A stretch of DNA of 64,000 nucleotides from Octopus sinensis (lineage: Eukaryota), in the NCBI RefSeq assembly GCF_006345805.1, contig NC_042999.1, positions 162,068,001-162,132,000 on the forward strand, given 5' to 3'. Below, piece after piece: positions 38,363 through 51,379 of the stretch. The stretch's first letter is position 1. Each line of letters starts with the position of its first letter. The notes under the pieces are model-generated. The model made no database searches. It was not told the DNA's origin and saw nothing but the letters and a program-made list of their open reading frames with translations. The position numbers were made by a program, and so were the translations under genes.

Positions 38363-39934
38363 AAACATACATAGCATTTTTTGGTGTCCTACATGCCTAC
38401 AATCATGTGCATATCTATCATTATTATTATTGTGTTTATTCACTATATATTGCCACTAACATGTAATTTTTAATATGAACGTGTGCATACATACATATGT
38501 TTCACATTCACACACATATTTTTATATGTGTCTGTACTTATATCTATATGCGTGTGCTTTCTATTCTCCCTTTGCACCAGTATGAGTATATATACTTGTA
38601 TACGGTGTTCCTTTCTTTATGTATTCCCTAATCAAAAAACAACTGGAATTCCTCTATCTATATATACTAATGTGCAGATATTCCACTACTCACATATAAG
38701 TAAATATACTAACAATTTTTTCCTTAAGTTTTTATAAGACTTTGTGTATAAATTTTTTGCATACTTATGTGCACCCCTAAACTCATAAATTCTCTTATAT
38801 TTATAATACACATTACTCTTCTATTACTTGAATATTAATACAAACCTAATACCACTCTATATATCTCTCTCACATTATACCAAGCTAGTCCCTTACCTCA
38901 TATTTTTATCTATACTTAAACATGGTTACATATCAATACATATTAAACCCTCTTTCCTCTGTTTTTCATTCCCAGCTCATTTATCTCCCCTACATTGTTA
39001 TTTATCCATATCCATATATCCAATAATAAATCCCGGAGTGCTTTTTTTTTCATCTTTATAACCACAACAAGTATTTACTATCTAATTGTAATATTAACAA
39101 CTATTTCTTTAACTTATTTTTCTACCTTATAATTAATACTTACTAACAAATATTAGTTCTTATACACACACTAGTCCATTTTATGTATCTTATTCTCTCT
39201 TTAATCCATTGTTACTTCTATAACACTTGTTTATGTTAACAATCCACTAGCCCTTTATACACTATCTCCTCTAGTTTCACTTTATTCTCATGTATTAATT
39301 TTTTTTTTTATATACACCACACTAAGTATCGTTTTAATTCAAATATAGCCATGCCTTTCCATTGGACATTTATATACAATCTTTTCCCTATTTCTATACA
39401 ATTTTTTCCCTACACGACTTATTTGGAGTTAGAATTTCTGATCTCCTTACTCATCTATAGAGGGAACGTCTCTAAAACCTCTCTCATTTATATTTTCAAA
39501 TAAACATTATAGCCCGGTGTTGCCTGGGATTAAGTAAGATTATTAAGCTAATCAAGCGTTTTGTTTCAAACCAAACTAAGTAACAGTAACATCAAATTTG
39601 AGCGAAATCCATTGAAATTGGTAAACGTTTGGCAGAAAATGGGTTGCAGATAATTTGATTGGGAAATCCCATAAGGAATCAGTGTATCGATTTTTTCCAC
39701 TCATCGATTTTTTTGGTGGGGTGGGAGGAATCAGAGCATTCAAACTCCTAAGTAAAGCCAGCATCAAGTTTGAACAAAATACATCAAAATTGGTAAAAGT
39801 TATGGTTGAAAATGGGGTGTAGCCAATTTTAGTGAGAAATCCTATAAGGAATCAGTTTATCGATTTTTCATCCTGATTGAATGGAAAACTCCATAAGGAA
39901 TCAATTTATTGATTTTTCACCCCAAATAGGTGGA

Positions 39935-40315
39935 AGCACTCCGTCGGTTATGACGACGAGGGTCCCGGTTGATCCGATCAATGGAACAGCCTACTCGTGA
40001 AGTTAACATGTAAGTGGCTGAGCACTCCACAGACACGTGTACCCTTAACGTAGTTCTCGGGGATATTCAGCATGACACAGAGAGTGACAAGGCCGGCCCT
40101 TTGAAATACAGGTACAACAGAAACAGGAAGTAAGAGTGAGAGAAAGTTGTGGTGAAAGAGTACAGCAGGGATCACCACCATCCCCTGCCGGAGCCTCATG
40201 GAGCTTTAGGTGTTTTCGCTCAATAAACACTCACAACGCCTGGTCTGGGAATTGAAACTGCGATTCTACGACCGCGAGTCCGCTGCCCTAACCACTGGGC
40301 CACTGCGCCTCCTAC
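39935..40315 (-). mobile_element. tRNA-derived SINE family C
   Basis: Minus-strand head GGAGGCGCAGTGGCCCAGTGGTTAGGGCAGCGGACTCGCGG...GTTTCAATTCCC is tRNA-like with A and B boxes, followed by a non-tRNA body. Confidence 0.7.
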
Positions 40316-40923
40316 CCCAAATAGGACTTAACTGAACACAACATTGCTCATTCAAAAAATCTATATTTATACTTTAAAGTTGGTTTCCACACCCAATCCA
40401 GTTCTGCAGAATCAGTGTCACAACAGGAATGCATGTGTTGGGAAGTTGACAGGCAGAAGTGATCAGGTTGCACATGCTAGCCCTTTCAAAACCCCCAACC
40501 CCACCATCTAACCCTACGTGGCCCATGGGTTGGGAACCCTTCCAGCAAGGAAAATAGAACACCCAAAAGGGCTCCTGATCCTCTGGACCAGAAGAGGTTA
40601 TGTTTGGATCACAACTGAACCTTAACCTAAGCCTAAAAAGGCCTCTGAAAGGCAACAACTAACCCCGATCTAGACCTAACCCCCTCCTAGGGGTACTATC
40701 GGTCAAGGCTGCATCAAAGATGTGCATAGGAAAAGGTTGCCTCAGAGATCTGCATTGGAGAAGGTTGCATCAAAGGTTTGCACACTATTATATATATATA
40801 TATATATATTCAAATGAATATGGTACTTAATTTAGATGCACCAGAATTTTGTATGGTGTTACCCATAAAAATATGCGGGGTGATTATAATAAAAAAATAA
40901 TAAGCAACAAGAATGAATCCGGT

Positions 40924-41016
40924 AATTTAGTACAATTGTTTCATACTACAACATTTTATTAAAAGCTGTAAATATTACAGCAGATTTAAGATGCTGAGTA
41001 ATCTTCAGTTAATTTA
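40924..41016 (-). ncRNA. Hammerhead ribozyme motif, partly decayed
   Basis: CTGAAGA (41008-41002), long stem II, GAAA (40942-40939), CAATTG and GTA; stem I has 2 of 7 pairs mismatched. Confidence 0.55.
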
Positions 41017-41368
41017 TATAGGTTTTCCAATAATATAAAAGTTTTCACATCAATTAATAACATCTTAAGGAAGGTAAAGATGTAGATATGAATCTAACTG
41101 ACCAAAACCTCAGTTACAACTGACTGCTGTAAGAAAATTTCCTTAGTTATAAGGATTGGGGTAAGGGTAGGTAAAGACTTCAAGTCAGTTGAAGAAAAGA
41201 GGAGGAAATTCAGGATAAGTAAAAGAAGAACAGGTTGTCACTAGAAAAAAAAGTCAATTTAACTATATGGTGACAAGAAAAAATTAGGTCAGTGTAGAAG
41301 GATCATTGAATTCTTAGGAACATATGGGGTTTTAGGTCAGATACTAACTGACCAAAACCCTACTTACC

Positions 41369-41420
<52 letters not shown>

Positions 41421-41831
41421 CTGGCTTCCCAGAACCCCGGTCGAACCGTCCAACCCATGCTAGCATGGAGAACGGACGTTAAATGATGATGATGATGATG
41501 ATGATAATAATTATTATTTGAGGGAATATAAATCCAAACTTACAAGGAAAAAATTCAATTTAGAAATACTAAATCAAATTTCACACAATATAATATATAC
41601 ATATATATAAAAAATTAGAAAAAAAATACCTTTTATCAATTCAAAATGAACAATTAAATTACACCATCTAGAAAATTACATATCAATTATATATGTTTTT
41701 ATTATTTTTTTTTGCACTTTACTTAATCATTGATATTTTATTATTTTAATTTTAATATTTCTATTATATGTAATTTTCTAGATGGTGTAATTTAATTGTT
41801 CATTTTGAATTGATAAAAGGTGTTTTTTTTC

Positions 41832-41873
<42 letters not shown>

Positions 41874-42239
41874 AAAGCAATTAAGATTCAAGTAAATTCC
41901 AATGAATTTACTTGAATGTGGTACTTAACTTAGATGCACCAGAAAAACTATATGGTGTTAACCATACAGTAATGTGGGGTGATTATAAACGAGAAAGAAG
42001 CAACAAGAATGGATTAGTTTTTAGTACAATTGTATGAATCAGTCCATAGTGTACACTATGGACTGATTCATCTTCTCTTCGAAACTAATAAGTTTTTAAA
42101 AATCTGTGATAAGACTGTGCATCATCATTAAGGAACTTTGGAAAACTGTTTACAACCTATATCTGCCTCTAATGGAATTATCTCCAATATCTCATGAGTA
42201 TAACCTCACCCACTAAGATGTCTAGAGAACTCAAATGTA

Positions 42240-42330
42240 TTTTAGCTGATGAGTACGGGACACTTTTATCTGCTGCAATTTTTGCAACTTGTAATAAAGC
42301 CTGTCTTTGTATGAAACAATTGTACTAAAA
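42240..42330 (+). ncRNA. Type I hammerhead ribozyme with long stem II
   Basis: TTTTAG-CTGATGA-stem II (GTAC..GTAT)-GAAA-CAATTG-TA^-CTAAAA: complete core, 6-bp stem I, palindromic stem III. Confidence 0.82.
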
Positions 42331-42399
42331 ACTAATCCATTCTTGTTGCTTCTTTCTCGTTTATATATAGTACATATATATAAAAGATATATATAATAT

Positions 42400-44310
42400 A
42401 TATAACAAAATCCCCAGAGAGAGGAAAATTCATATGAGACGGCATACAAAAGTTTCAAATTGCCTAAACAAACGAACTGAAAGCAGTGAAAAGTCCCGCC
42501 TGAAAATAAAACTGCTAGAAATTGAAAAATGTCTGCAACTCTCACATGAAAAAGAAAGAGCAGACAAATAAGCCTGGGCTATAGACAGCATAAAATCTAA
42601 CCCCAGAGCTTTCTACAAGTTTGCCAAAGAAACAGCTACAGTGCACTGTAGGATAGGGCCACTCCTTGAAAAAGATGGTACACTCACAGGAAATCCAATG
42701 AGGATAAGATGAAATGAACCTGAACTCAGCAACCCTTTTAAAATCATGTAAGCGCGTCCTAGCAAGACTACTGCAGTCCCTCTTCCAGAGCTTCCTTGTA
42801 ACTGGCAAAATTCCAAGCAAGCTGAAGGAAGGTAAAATATGCCCTAATCATAAAGGAGGTAGCAGAGCAGAGGCCAAAAACTACAGATCAATCTCTCTGC
42901 TCTCACACATCAGCAAAGTCATGGAATGAATAGTCAGAAGAAAAATAATCACCTTCCTTGAGGAAAATAACTTGCTGACTGATACCCAACATGGTTTCCA
43001 ACCAGGAAGAAGCTGCCTGACTCAGCTCCTACAACACTATGACTGTAGATGTGATATATTTCAATTTTGCAAAGGCTTTCAATAAAGTCGATCATGCAAT
43101 ACCAACTAAATATACTGGACCTGGAGGGATTGCAATCCCAGAAACACAGTCAGTGTGAGACCTGGGCATTTACATGAGTAATGATGCAGCATTCTATGTG
43201 CATGTAGCTAAGTTGGCTCACTAGATGGATTCTTCGAACTTTTAGAATGAAAAATCAGGAAACCATGATGGTCCTCAGAAGGGCAATTGTCCAAAACCGC
43301 TTTGACTATTGCTCCCAGCTATGGTCACCAACCAGTGTAAAATTAATTGCAGAACTTGAGGCAATCCAATGAAGCTACACGAAGAAGATAGCCTCTATGC
43401 AGCATATAAGCTACTGCGAAAGACTCAAGAGATTGAGACTCTATTCCCTAGAGCATAGGCAGGAAAGATATGTCACAATATACATAGGCGCAGGAGTGGC
43501 TGTGTGGTAAGTAGCTTGCTAACCAACCACATGGTTCCGGGTTCAGTCCCACTGCGTGGCATCTTGGGCAAGTGTCTTCTGCTGTAGCCCCGGGCCGACC
43601 AATGTCTTGTGAGTGGATTTGGTAGACGCCTGTCGTATATATGTATATATATATATATATATGTGTGTATGTGTGTGTGTTTGTGTGTCTGTGTTTGTCC
43701 CCCCCCACCTAGCATTGCTTGACAACCGATGCTGGTGTGTTTACATCCCCGTCACTTAGCGGTTCGGCAAAAAGAGACCGATAGAATAAGTACTGGGCTT
43801 ACAAAGAATAAGTCCCAGGGTCGATTTGCTCGACTAAAGGCGGTGCTCCAGCATGGCCGCAGTCAAATGACTGAAACAAGTAAAAGAATAAAAGAATCTG
43901 GAAGATCTTAGAGGGACTTGTCCCAAACTTTGGCATTGAGAGTTGCACTGATGCCAGAACAGGGCACCAAAGCATAGTACCAAAGACTCCAACTTTGCCA
44001 TAAAAATATAGGACAAGATATTGCAATATCCTGGGCTTTAAAGGCCCACAGTCCTTCAATATCCTTTCGAAGGACCTGAGAGACCTACATGGGGTGGATG
44101 TAAGTGTCTTCAAAACGAAACTAGACCACTTACTGTCAAGTGTGCCAGATGAACCAACTTCACAGCAGGAAGTGCAAATGAGGGCAGCAGCATCAAAGCC
44201 CCTCATGCACCAAACATCAATTTCTAAAAAGAATTAGTGAAGTAAAATTATGTAGCAACACAGACTGAGAGTGCCCCAGCATGGCCACAGCTCATGAGCT
44301 GAAACTAGAT
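42400..44310 (+). mobile_element. Decayed CR1-like LINE RT/3' fragment, interrupted by SINE A (43486-43895)
   Basis: IKSNPRAFYKF, KLKEGKICPNHKGGSR.EAKNYRSISLLSHISKVME, FAKAFNKVDH and DYCSQLWSP motifs. Confidence 0.82.
43486..43895 (+). mobile_element. SINE family A
   Basis: Consensus match. Confidence 0.88.
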
Positions 44311-44886
44311 CAATGCAATTCAATTCATGTAATTTTTTTTTTTTAAATATATATATATATATATATAAAGTTAATCCAAACAAGAAAACACAAAAAAACA
44401 CAGCAACGCGAGGACGTGGAACAAACAAAGTATCATTGGACGCTCAGGAAAGAAGGGAAGAAGGAGGGTTTAACGTTTCGAGCGGAGCTTTTCGTCGGAA
44501 ACATAGGAGAAGGAAAGATCCTGAGAAGGGAAGACAGAGGAAAAAAAATATATATATAGGTGTAAAAAAGTTGTATGTAGATTTGTCCTTTAATTTGGAG
44601 GTTACCAAAAAAAGATTTCTAATGTTAATTCTTCATATTTTGCTGGTAGTTTACAGGCATAAATTTGCAAAGATATGAAAGGAATACTTGTATATGGTGT
44701 GTGGTGGATTTATGGAAAGAAGTCCAATAAAACTCAACAATTTAGTTAAAAATGGAGAAGACAAATTGTTAGATTATATAAGAGAATTTTTATTCATGCA
44801 GACGATCGTTTCATACAGAGATATAAAAATCATGCAAATTCATGATTGAATTGATTTAGATTAAACTAATAAAATTGATTTAATTC

Positions 44887-45258
44887 TTTTACTCTTTTAC
44901 TTGTTTCAGTCATTTGACTGCAGACATGCTGGAGCACCGCCTTTAGTCGAGCAACTCGACCCCGGGACTTATTCTATCGGTCTCTTTTGCCGAACTGCTA
45001 AGTGACGGGGACATAAACACACCAGCATCGGTTGTCAAGCAATGCTAGGGGACAAACAGACACACAAACACACACACATATATATATATACATATATACG
45101 ACGGGCTTCTTTCAGTTTCCGTCTACCAAATCCACTCACAAGGCTTTGGTCGGCCCAAGGCTATAGTAGAAGACACTTGCCCAAGATGCCATGCAGTGGG
45201 ACTGAACCTGGAACCATTTGGTTGGTAAGCAAGCTACTCACCACACAGCCACTCCTCC
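44887..45258 (-). mobile_element. SINE family A inserted into a hammerhead-bearing repeat
   Basis: Reverse consensus match; flanks join to give a copy of 45425-45650. Confidence 0.85.
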
Positions 45259-45429
45259 GCCTAATTATATATATCATTGTACAGTGCAGGAAGTATACAC
45301 AAAAATTTACAATGAACTTGAGAAAGGTTATAGCAGAAGAATAGAATTTAGGTGATACATATTTTTATCCTTGTGAGAAAGAGATGTGAGTCAAGTTAGA
45401 TATTAACTATAACTTTTGTTCGTGCTTCC

Positions 45430-45545
45430 TGCACTGAAGATTACAATGATATATATAATTAAATTAATCAAATTAATCTAATCTAATCCAGTTCAATCAT
45501 GATTTTGTATTATTATTATATCTCTGTACAAAACAATCGTCTGCA
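45430..45545 (+). ncRNA. Decayed hammerhead ribozyme motif
   Basis: TGCA-CTGAAGA...CAAAA (GAAA mutated)-CAATCG-TC^-TGCA; the inverted paralogue at 44797-44812 keeps GAAA-CGATCG-TC. Confidence 0.5.
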
Positions 45546-45699
45546 TGAATTAAAATTCTCTCATATAGTCTAACAAATTATCTTCTCCATTTTTAACTAA
45601 ATTAATGAGTTTTATGGGACTTCTTTCCATAAATTCACTTCACATCATATATATATACATACACACACACACATATATAGATAGGGAGAATTCACAAAA

Positions 45700-45860
45700 A
45701 AAACAAAAGACGAAGACAGGTGGTGTAGACTACAAAGAGATGTATTAGTTTAACGCTTGGGAAGTGAAAAAGTCTTTAACGTTTCGAGCCTATGCTCTTC
45801 CACAGAAAGAAGCACAGAGAGAAAGTAAAGAATGTGTAGTGGCTAGCGATCTGTCATGGC
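45700..45860 (-). mobile_element. Solo PLE 3' terminus with hammerhead-like motif
   Basis: Reverse complement similar to 26570-26720 and 52320-52490. Confidence 0.7.
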
Positions 45861-46382
45861 AAATGCTGGACGGGGGGAGGGGGGAGACACAGGAGAGTTA
45901 GGAAAAAGGGGAGATAATAAATATATGGGTCATAAACTAATCACTGGACAGTGCAAGAACTAATATATTTCTTTAAATGTGACAAGATAGATAACGAGAG
46001 ATAAATAGATGAGAGGAAGACAGTAAAAAAAATAGGGAGGAGAGGATGAAATAAAGGTTAACAGTGTAGTATTGTCAGAGCAGACATTCTGGTTCCTACA
46101 CCGTTAACCCTTCTCTTCCCTCTCCACCCAATTTTTTCTCTCTGTCTCCCTCTCATTTAACATATCAAGTTAAATCTAGCTGACCCTCAGTTTGTTTTCG
46201 GTCTTCAGTGAAGCCTAAAAGGGTCAATCCACATCTTGTGGTATTTTCGTCTCCAAACCAAATTTTTAATCACTGGCAGAAAATAAGTTTTTCATCATTT
46301 AATTGAACTATTCATCAATAAAAAAGGCATCTGAAACAGTTTTGGTGAACCTTTCACCAGTTTGTATTCTTATTTTATATTA

Positions 46383-46434
<52 letters not shown>

Positions 46435-46819
46435 ATACATATAAGAGAACAAGGTGTACGTTATGCCGCAATAATTTATGTATAAAAAATATATATCAAA
46501 ATACAAAATGGGACAAGAATGCAAAACATTCAAATAGATGACACAAAAAAACGGACGGGTCATTCGAAGCCTCTAATCTTCAGTCAAGAACCGGATCATC
46601 CTCGCAATTTCGATCCTTTACTTGTTTCACTCATATGACTGCAGCCATGCTGGAGTGTTTTAGCCAAACAAATCAACCCCAGGACTAACTTTAAATTTTT
46701 TTAGGCCTAGTACTGATTCTATCACTAAGTTACGGGAACATAAACACACCAACACTGGTTGTCAAGCATTGATGGGGGACAAACACAGACACATACAGAT
46801 ATATATATCTACAGACATA

Positions 46820-47030
46820 ACATCATCATCATCGTTTAACGTCCGCTTTCCATGCTAGCATGGGTTGGACGATTTTGACTGAGGGCTGGCAAACCAGATG
46901 GATGCACAAGGCTCCAATCTGATCTGGCAGAGTTTCTACGGATGGATGCCCTTCCTAACACCAACCTCTCCAAGAGTGTAGTGGGTGCTTTTACGTGCCA
47001 CCGGTACGAGGGCCAGTTAGGTGGTACTGG
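46820..47030 (-). mobile_element. RTE 3' tail fragment
   Basis: (CAT)n plus CCATGCTAGCATGGGTTGGACG, as at 6878. Confidence 0.75.
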
Positions 47031-47042
47031 CAAATATATATA

Positions 47043-47445
47043 AGCGCAGGAGTGGCTGTGTGGTAAGTAGCTTGCTTACCAACCACATGGTTCCGGGTTC
47101 AGTCCCACTGCGTGGCATCTTGGGCAAGTGTCTTCTACTATAGCCTCGGGCCGACCAAAGCCTTGTGACTGGATTTGGTAGACGGAAACTGAAAGAAGCC
47201 CATCGTATATATGTATATATATATGTGTGTGTGTTTGTGTGTCTCTGTTTGTCCCCCCAACATCGCTTGACAACCAATGCTGGTGTGTTTATGTCCCCGT
47301 AACTTAGCGGTTCAGCAAAAGAGACCAATAGAATAAGTACTAGGCTTACAAAGAATAAGTCCTGGGGGGGGGATTTCCTCAGGTAAAGGTGGTGCTCCAG
47401 CATGGCCACAGTTAAAATGACTGAAACAAGTAAAAGAGTAAAAGA
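47043..47445 (+). mobile_element. SINE family A
   Basis: Consensus match. Confidence 0.87.
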
Positions 47446-47973
47446 ATATATATAAACATACAGACACATATATACATATACACACACAGGCACACTTATG
47501 TACAATGGACTTCTTTCAGTTTCTGTCTACCAAATCCGCTCACATCACTTTGGTCAGCCCGAAGCTATAGTAGAAGACACTTGCCCAAGGTGTCACTCAG
47601 TGAGACAGAACCCAGAACCACACATTTATTTTTTCAATTCTTTTGCAAACAACTTGCAAATGCAAAGGCTACTAGCTGAAAGCTCCGCATACCGGATGTT
47701 AGCAAGCTTATGGGTTCATCAGAAGGGAATATACACTGTTTTGGGGCCTTCCTCTCAACAGTATTATTGCACACCTGGCCCCCTCACTGAGATGAGCCCC
47801 CACTTGCTAGATCAAGTGGTTGATAGGTTTCACTCAATATTCTTCTAGCTACTGATCATCATCTCTTTTTATCCAAATCCAGTGGTTTGCCTTCTCCACT
47901 GTAGTCTGGATGTTACTCATGATGGTATTAGTTTTACAATGAGTTACATGTAGCAACAACAACAATAAATATT

Positions 47974-48370
47974 ACTCTTTTACTTGTTTCAGTCATTTGA
48001 CTGCGGCCATGCTGGAGCACCGCCTTTAGTCGAGCAAATCGACCCCGGGACTTATTCTTTGTAAGCCCAGTACTTATTCTATCGGTCTCTTTTGCCAAAC
48101 CACTAAGTGACGGGGACATAAACACACCAGCATCGGTTGTCAAGCAATGCTAGGGGGACAAACACAGACACAAACATATACACACACATACATTTATATA
48201 TACATATATACGATGGGCTTCTTTCAGTTTCCATCTACCAAATCCACTCACAAGGCATTGGTCGGCCCGGGGCTATAGCAGAAGACACTTGCCCAAGATG
48301 CCACGCAGTGGGACTGAACCCGGAACCATGTGGTTGGTAGGCAAGCTACTTACCACACAGCCACTCCTGT
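47974..48370 (-). mobile_element. SINE family A
   Basis: Reverse consensus match. Confidence 0.88.
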
Positions 48371-48672
48371 ATATAATTTTTCTTTTACTTGTTTCAGTCA
48401 ATAGACTGCAGCCATGTTGGGGCATTGCCTTCTAGAGTTTTTAGTCGACTGAGTTGATCCCAGTACTTGTTTAAGCCTAGTACTTATTCTATCAGTCTCT
48501 TTTGCCAAACTGCAGACCAGCTGCTGGATGCCATTATATATATTTATTTAATTATATATATATATACATGTGTGTGTGTGTATAACATTAAATATTCACA
48601 GTTACAGAAGAGTTACTAATGGTTTCATTCGTTAAGGTACATTAAATTGGCAGATTTATATAACATGCCATG

Positions 48673-49900
48673 TACAAGGGTCAGCTGAAGAGGTCAAAGA
48701 CTGACCAAGGTACTCTCATGGAATATGACTAAACAAAGTTTATTTTACAACAGAGCCCCCTTGCAGTTCACATATTTCATCATTTGAAGTGTTGGAGTGC
48801 TTGAATCTTATTGATGAAGAAGCTTCCATCCTATTGCTCACAAAATTCATCAACAGCAGATACTGATTCCCAGTCAAAAGTTTTTTTCATATGGTCAAAT
48901 GGAGCCAAATCGGGAGAATAGGGAGGCTGATCAACCAGTTCAAAGCCACAGTCATGCACAGCAGTTATTGAAACCAAGGACCTGTGTGCTGGAGCAGTGT
49001 CATAATAAAACAAGACCCCTTTCATCAGCTTTCTTGGACATTTGGTCTTGGCAGCCTTTCATAACAGCTTCAGCAAGTTAGCATTGTACTACCCATTGAT
49101 GGTGTGGTCCTTTTGGAGATAGTCAATAAACACAATGCTTTTTGCATCTCAAAAAACTGAGGCCTTCCCTGCAGATGAAACAACCTTGGCCTTCTTTGGA
49201 GCAGGTAAGGAGGGGCTTTTCTACAGCATGGATAGTCTCTATCTCTGCTCAAAGTGATGAACCCAACACTCATCCTGACTAAGGAAACGTTCAAGGAAGC
49301 CAGCTGGACTGGCTTCAAGCACTGTCAAATTTTCCCATGATGTGATCAGCCTGGTACATCAATGTGTATTTCTTTACTACCCACAAGGAGCTAAACACAG
49401 AGGGGACAAACAAGGACAGACAAACGGATTAAGTCGATTACATCGACCCCAGTGTGTAACTGGTACTTAATTTATCGACCCCGAAAGGATGAAAGGCACA
49501 GTCGACCTCGGCGGAATTTGAACCCAGAACGTAACGGCAGACGAAATACAGCTAAGCATTTCGGCCGGCATGCTAACGTTTCTGCCAGTTTGCCGCCTAC
49601 ATTGATCAATGGTCAGGAGTTGTGTTATTCACCAAGCAGAAACCTTCACTATGCCAAGTTCATTGTGCAGAATATTCTCAACTCTCTTATAAGATATGCT
49701 AATACCATTGGCTATTTGATTTATAGTCAACTGTCTGTCACCAATCATTATGTGGTGAACGCAATGTTTTCCTCGGTGGTGGCAGTTGCAGGATGTCCAG
49801 ACCTTGGGCCATCTTCAAGACTCTCCCCTCCTAAATTCAGCTGCTTGTTGATACAGCTGGAGTATCATCCCCTAATGTAGCAGCCATGTCAGCATAAATG
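48673..49900 (-). mobile_element. Decayed mariner element interrupted by SINE B (49370-49600)
   Basis: FYYDTAPAH...QPPYSPDLAPFD and EDGPRSGHPATATTEENI motifs on the minus strand. Confidence 0.75.
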
Positions 49901-50804
49901 TCTACTATGCCAAATCTTATTCATTCTCATGAGTAGTCACTACTAGTTACTTCTGAAATCTTTGAACAGTCAGGTGTCAATTTACCTAGAAAGAAACAAT
50001 GCAGTTGTTAATACAAAAAGGTGAAATTAATGCATACAAGATTTCACAGCTGCGGCGTCACTCCTTCATAATCTGTCTACAAACTTTTTGGCCCAGTCTC
50101 CTATCTCCAAACAATCTCTTAAGCTCAGTTCATAAATGTTAGATGTTCTTAGGAACCAAGATGCAGGTCTATGGGAAAACATGAGAAAAAAACTAAGAAA
50201 AAAGGAGAAGAAAAAAAACACAAAGAAAGCTGATGCAAAAAGTGGAACGTGAAGAAAAGAAAATTAAGAAAGCCAAGATCATCATCATCATCACAAATGC
50301 ACACCACAAACAATCAAAAGGAGAATCATGGAGAAATCTATGCCATATATAAATGGATAAAAGATATCCAAATTATGTGTAGCTGAAAGATCACACATCC
50401 TTTTTAGATCCAAGAATTTAACCACGCAATTCCAGAACTGAAAGTTTGAGCTGGTGTAAACACATAACAGATTTCTTTTGTCAAACTGCAGGACACTACC
50501 CACTCTGGATTCAGTTGCTATCTCACAGACTTTGGCCTCCTTTCTGTTATATTATTCAGCACCAGCTATATGAATTATGCTTTCTAAATCAAAGAGGATG
50601 AAGATCTTGGTTTTCTTTTCTTGTTTTCATTCCACTTTTTGCATCAACCTTCTTTTGTGCTTCTTTCTTCTCGTTTTTCTCATAGACCAGCATCCAGGTT
50701 GTTAAGTACAACATTATGAACTTAAAGATACGTGGCATGTTATATAAATCTGCCAATTTGATGTCTCTTAAAGCATGAAACTATTAGTAGCTCTTCTGTA
50801 ATTC

Positions 50805-51205
50805 TCTTTACTCTTTTACTTGTTTCAGTCATTTGACTGCGGCCATGCTGGAGCACCGCCTTTTTAGTCGAGCAACTCAACCCCAGGACTTATTCTTTGT
50901 AAGCCTAGTACTTATCCTATCGGTTTCTTTTGCCGAACCGCTAAGTAACGGGGACGTAAACACACCAGCATCAGTTGTCAAGCAATGCTAGGGGGACAAA
51001 CACAGACACATAAACACACACATATATATATATACATATATACGACAGGCTTCTTTCAGTTTCCGTCTACCAAATCCACTCACAAGGCTTTGGTCAGCCC
51101 GAGGCTACAGTAGAAGACACTTGCCCAAGGTGCCACACAGTGGGACTGAACCCGGAACTGTGTGGTTGGTAAGCAAGCTACTTACCACACAGCCACTCCT
51201 GCGCC
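50805..51205 (-). mobile_element. SINE family A
   Basis: Reverse consensus match. Confidence 0.88.
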
Positions 51206-51379
51206 TATTGTGTATATTTAATGATACTTATATCTTGATGGAGTGCTTATTTGTTGATCCTACCTATAGCAGATATTAAATGATGATGATATATAAGAAA
51301 GACAGATGACAAAGAAATAAATGATTACCTTACAAATTTCATTAGCTTACAGCTGATATATATAGGCTGCGCAAAATGC

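Noticed and set aside
40240-40315. tRNA gene (also tRNA-like heads at 52755-52830 and in SINE A and B)
   Set aside because: These are tRNA-like heads that run into SINE bodies or are degenerate; no convincing complete cloverleaf.
48680-48710. CTGAAGA-GGTCA-loop-TGACC as a hammerhead
   Set aside because: There is no GAAA or stem III, and it coincides with a mariner terminal sequence.
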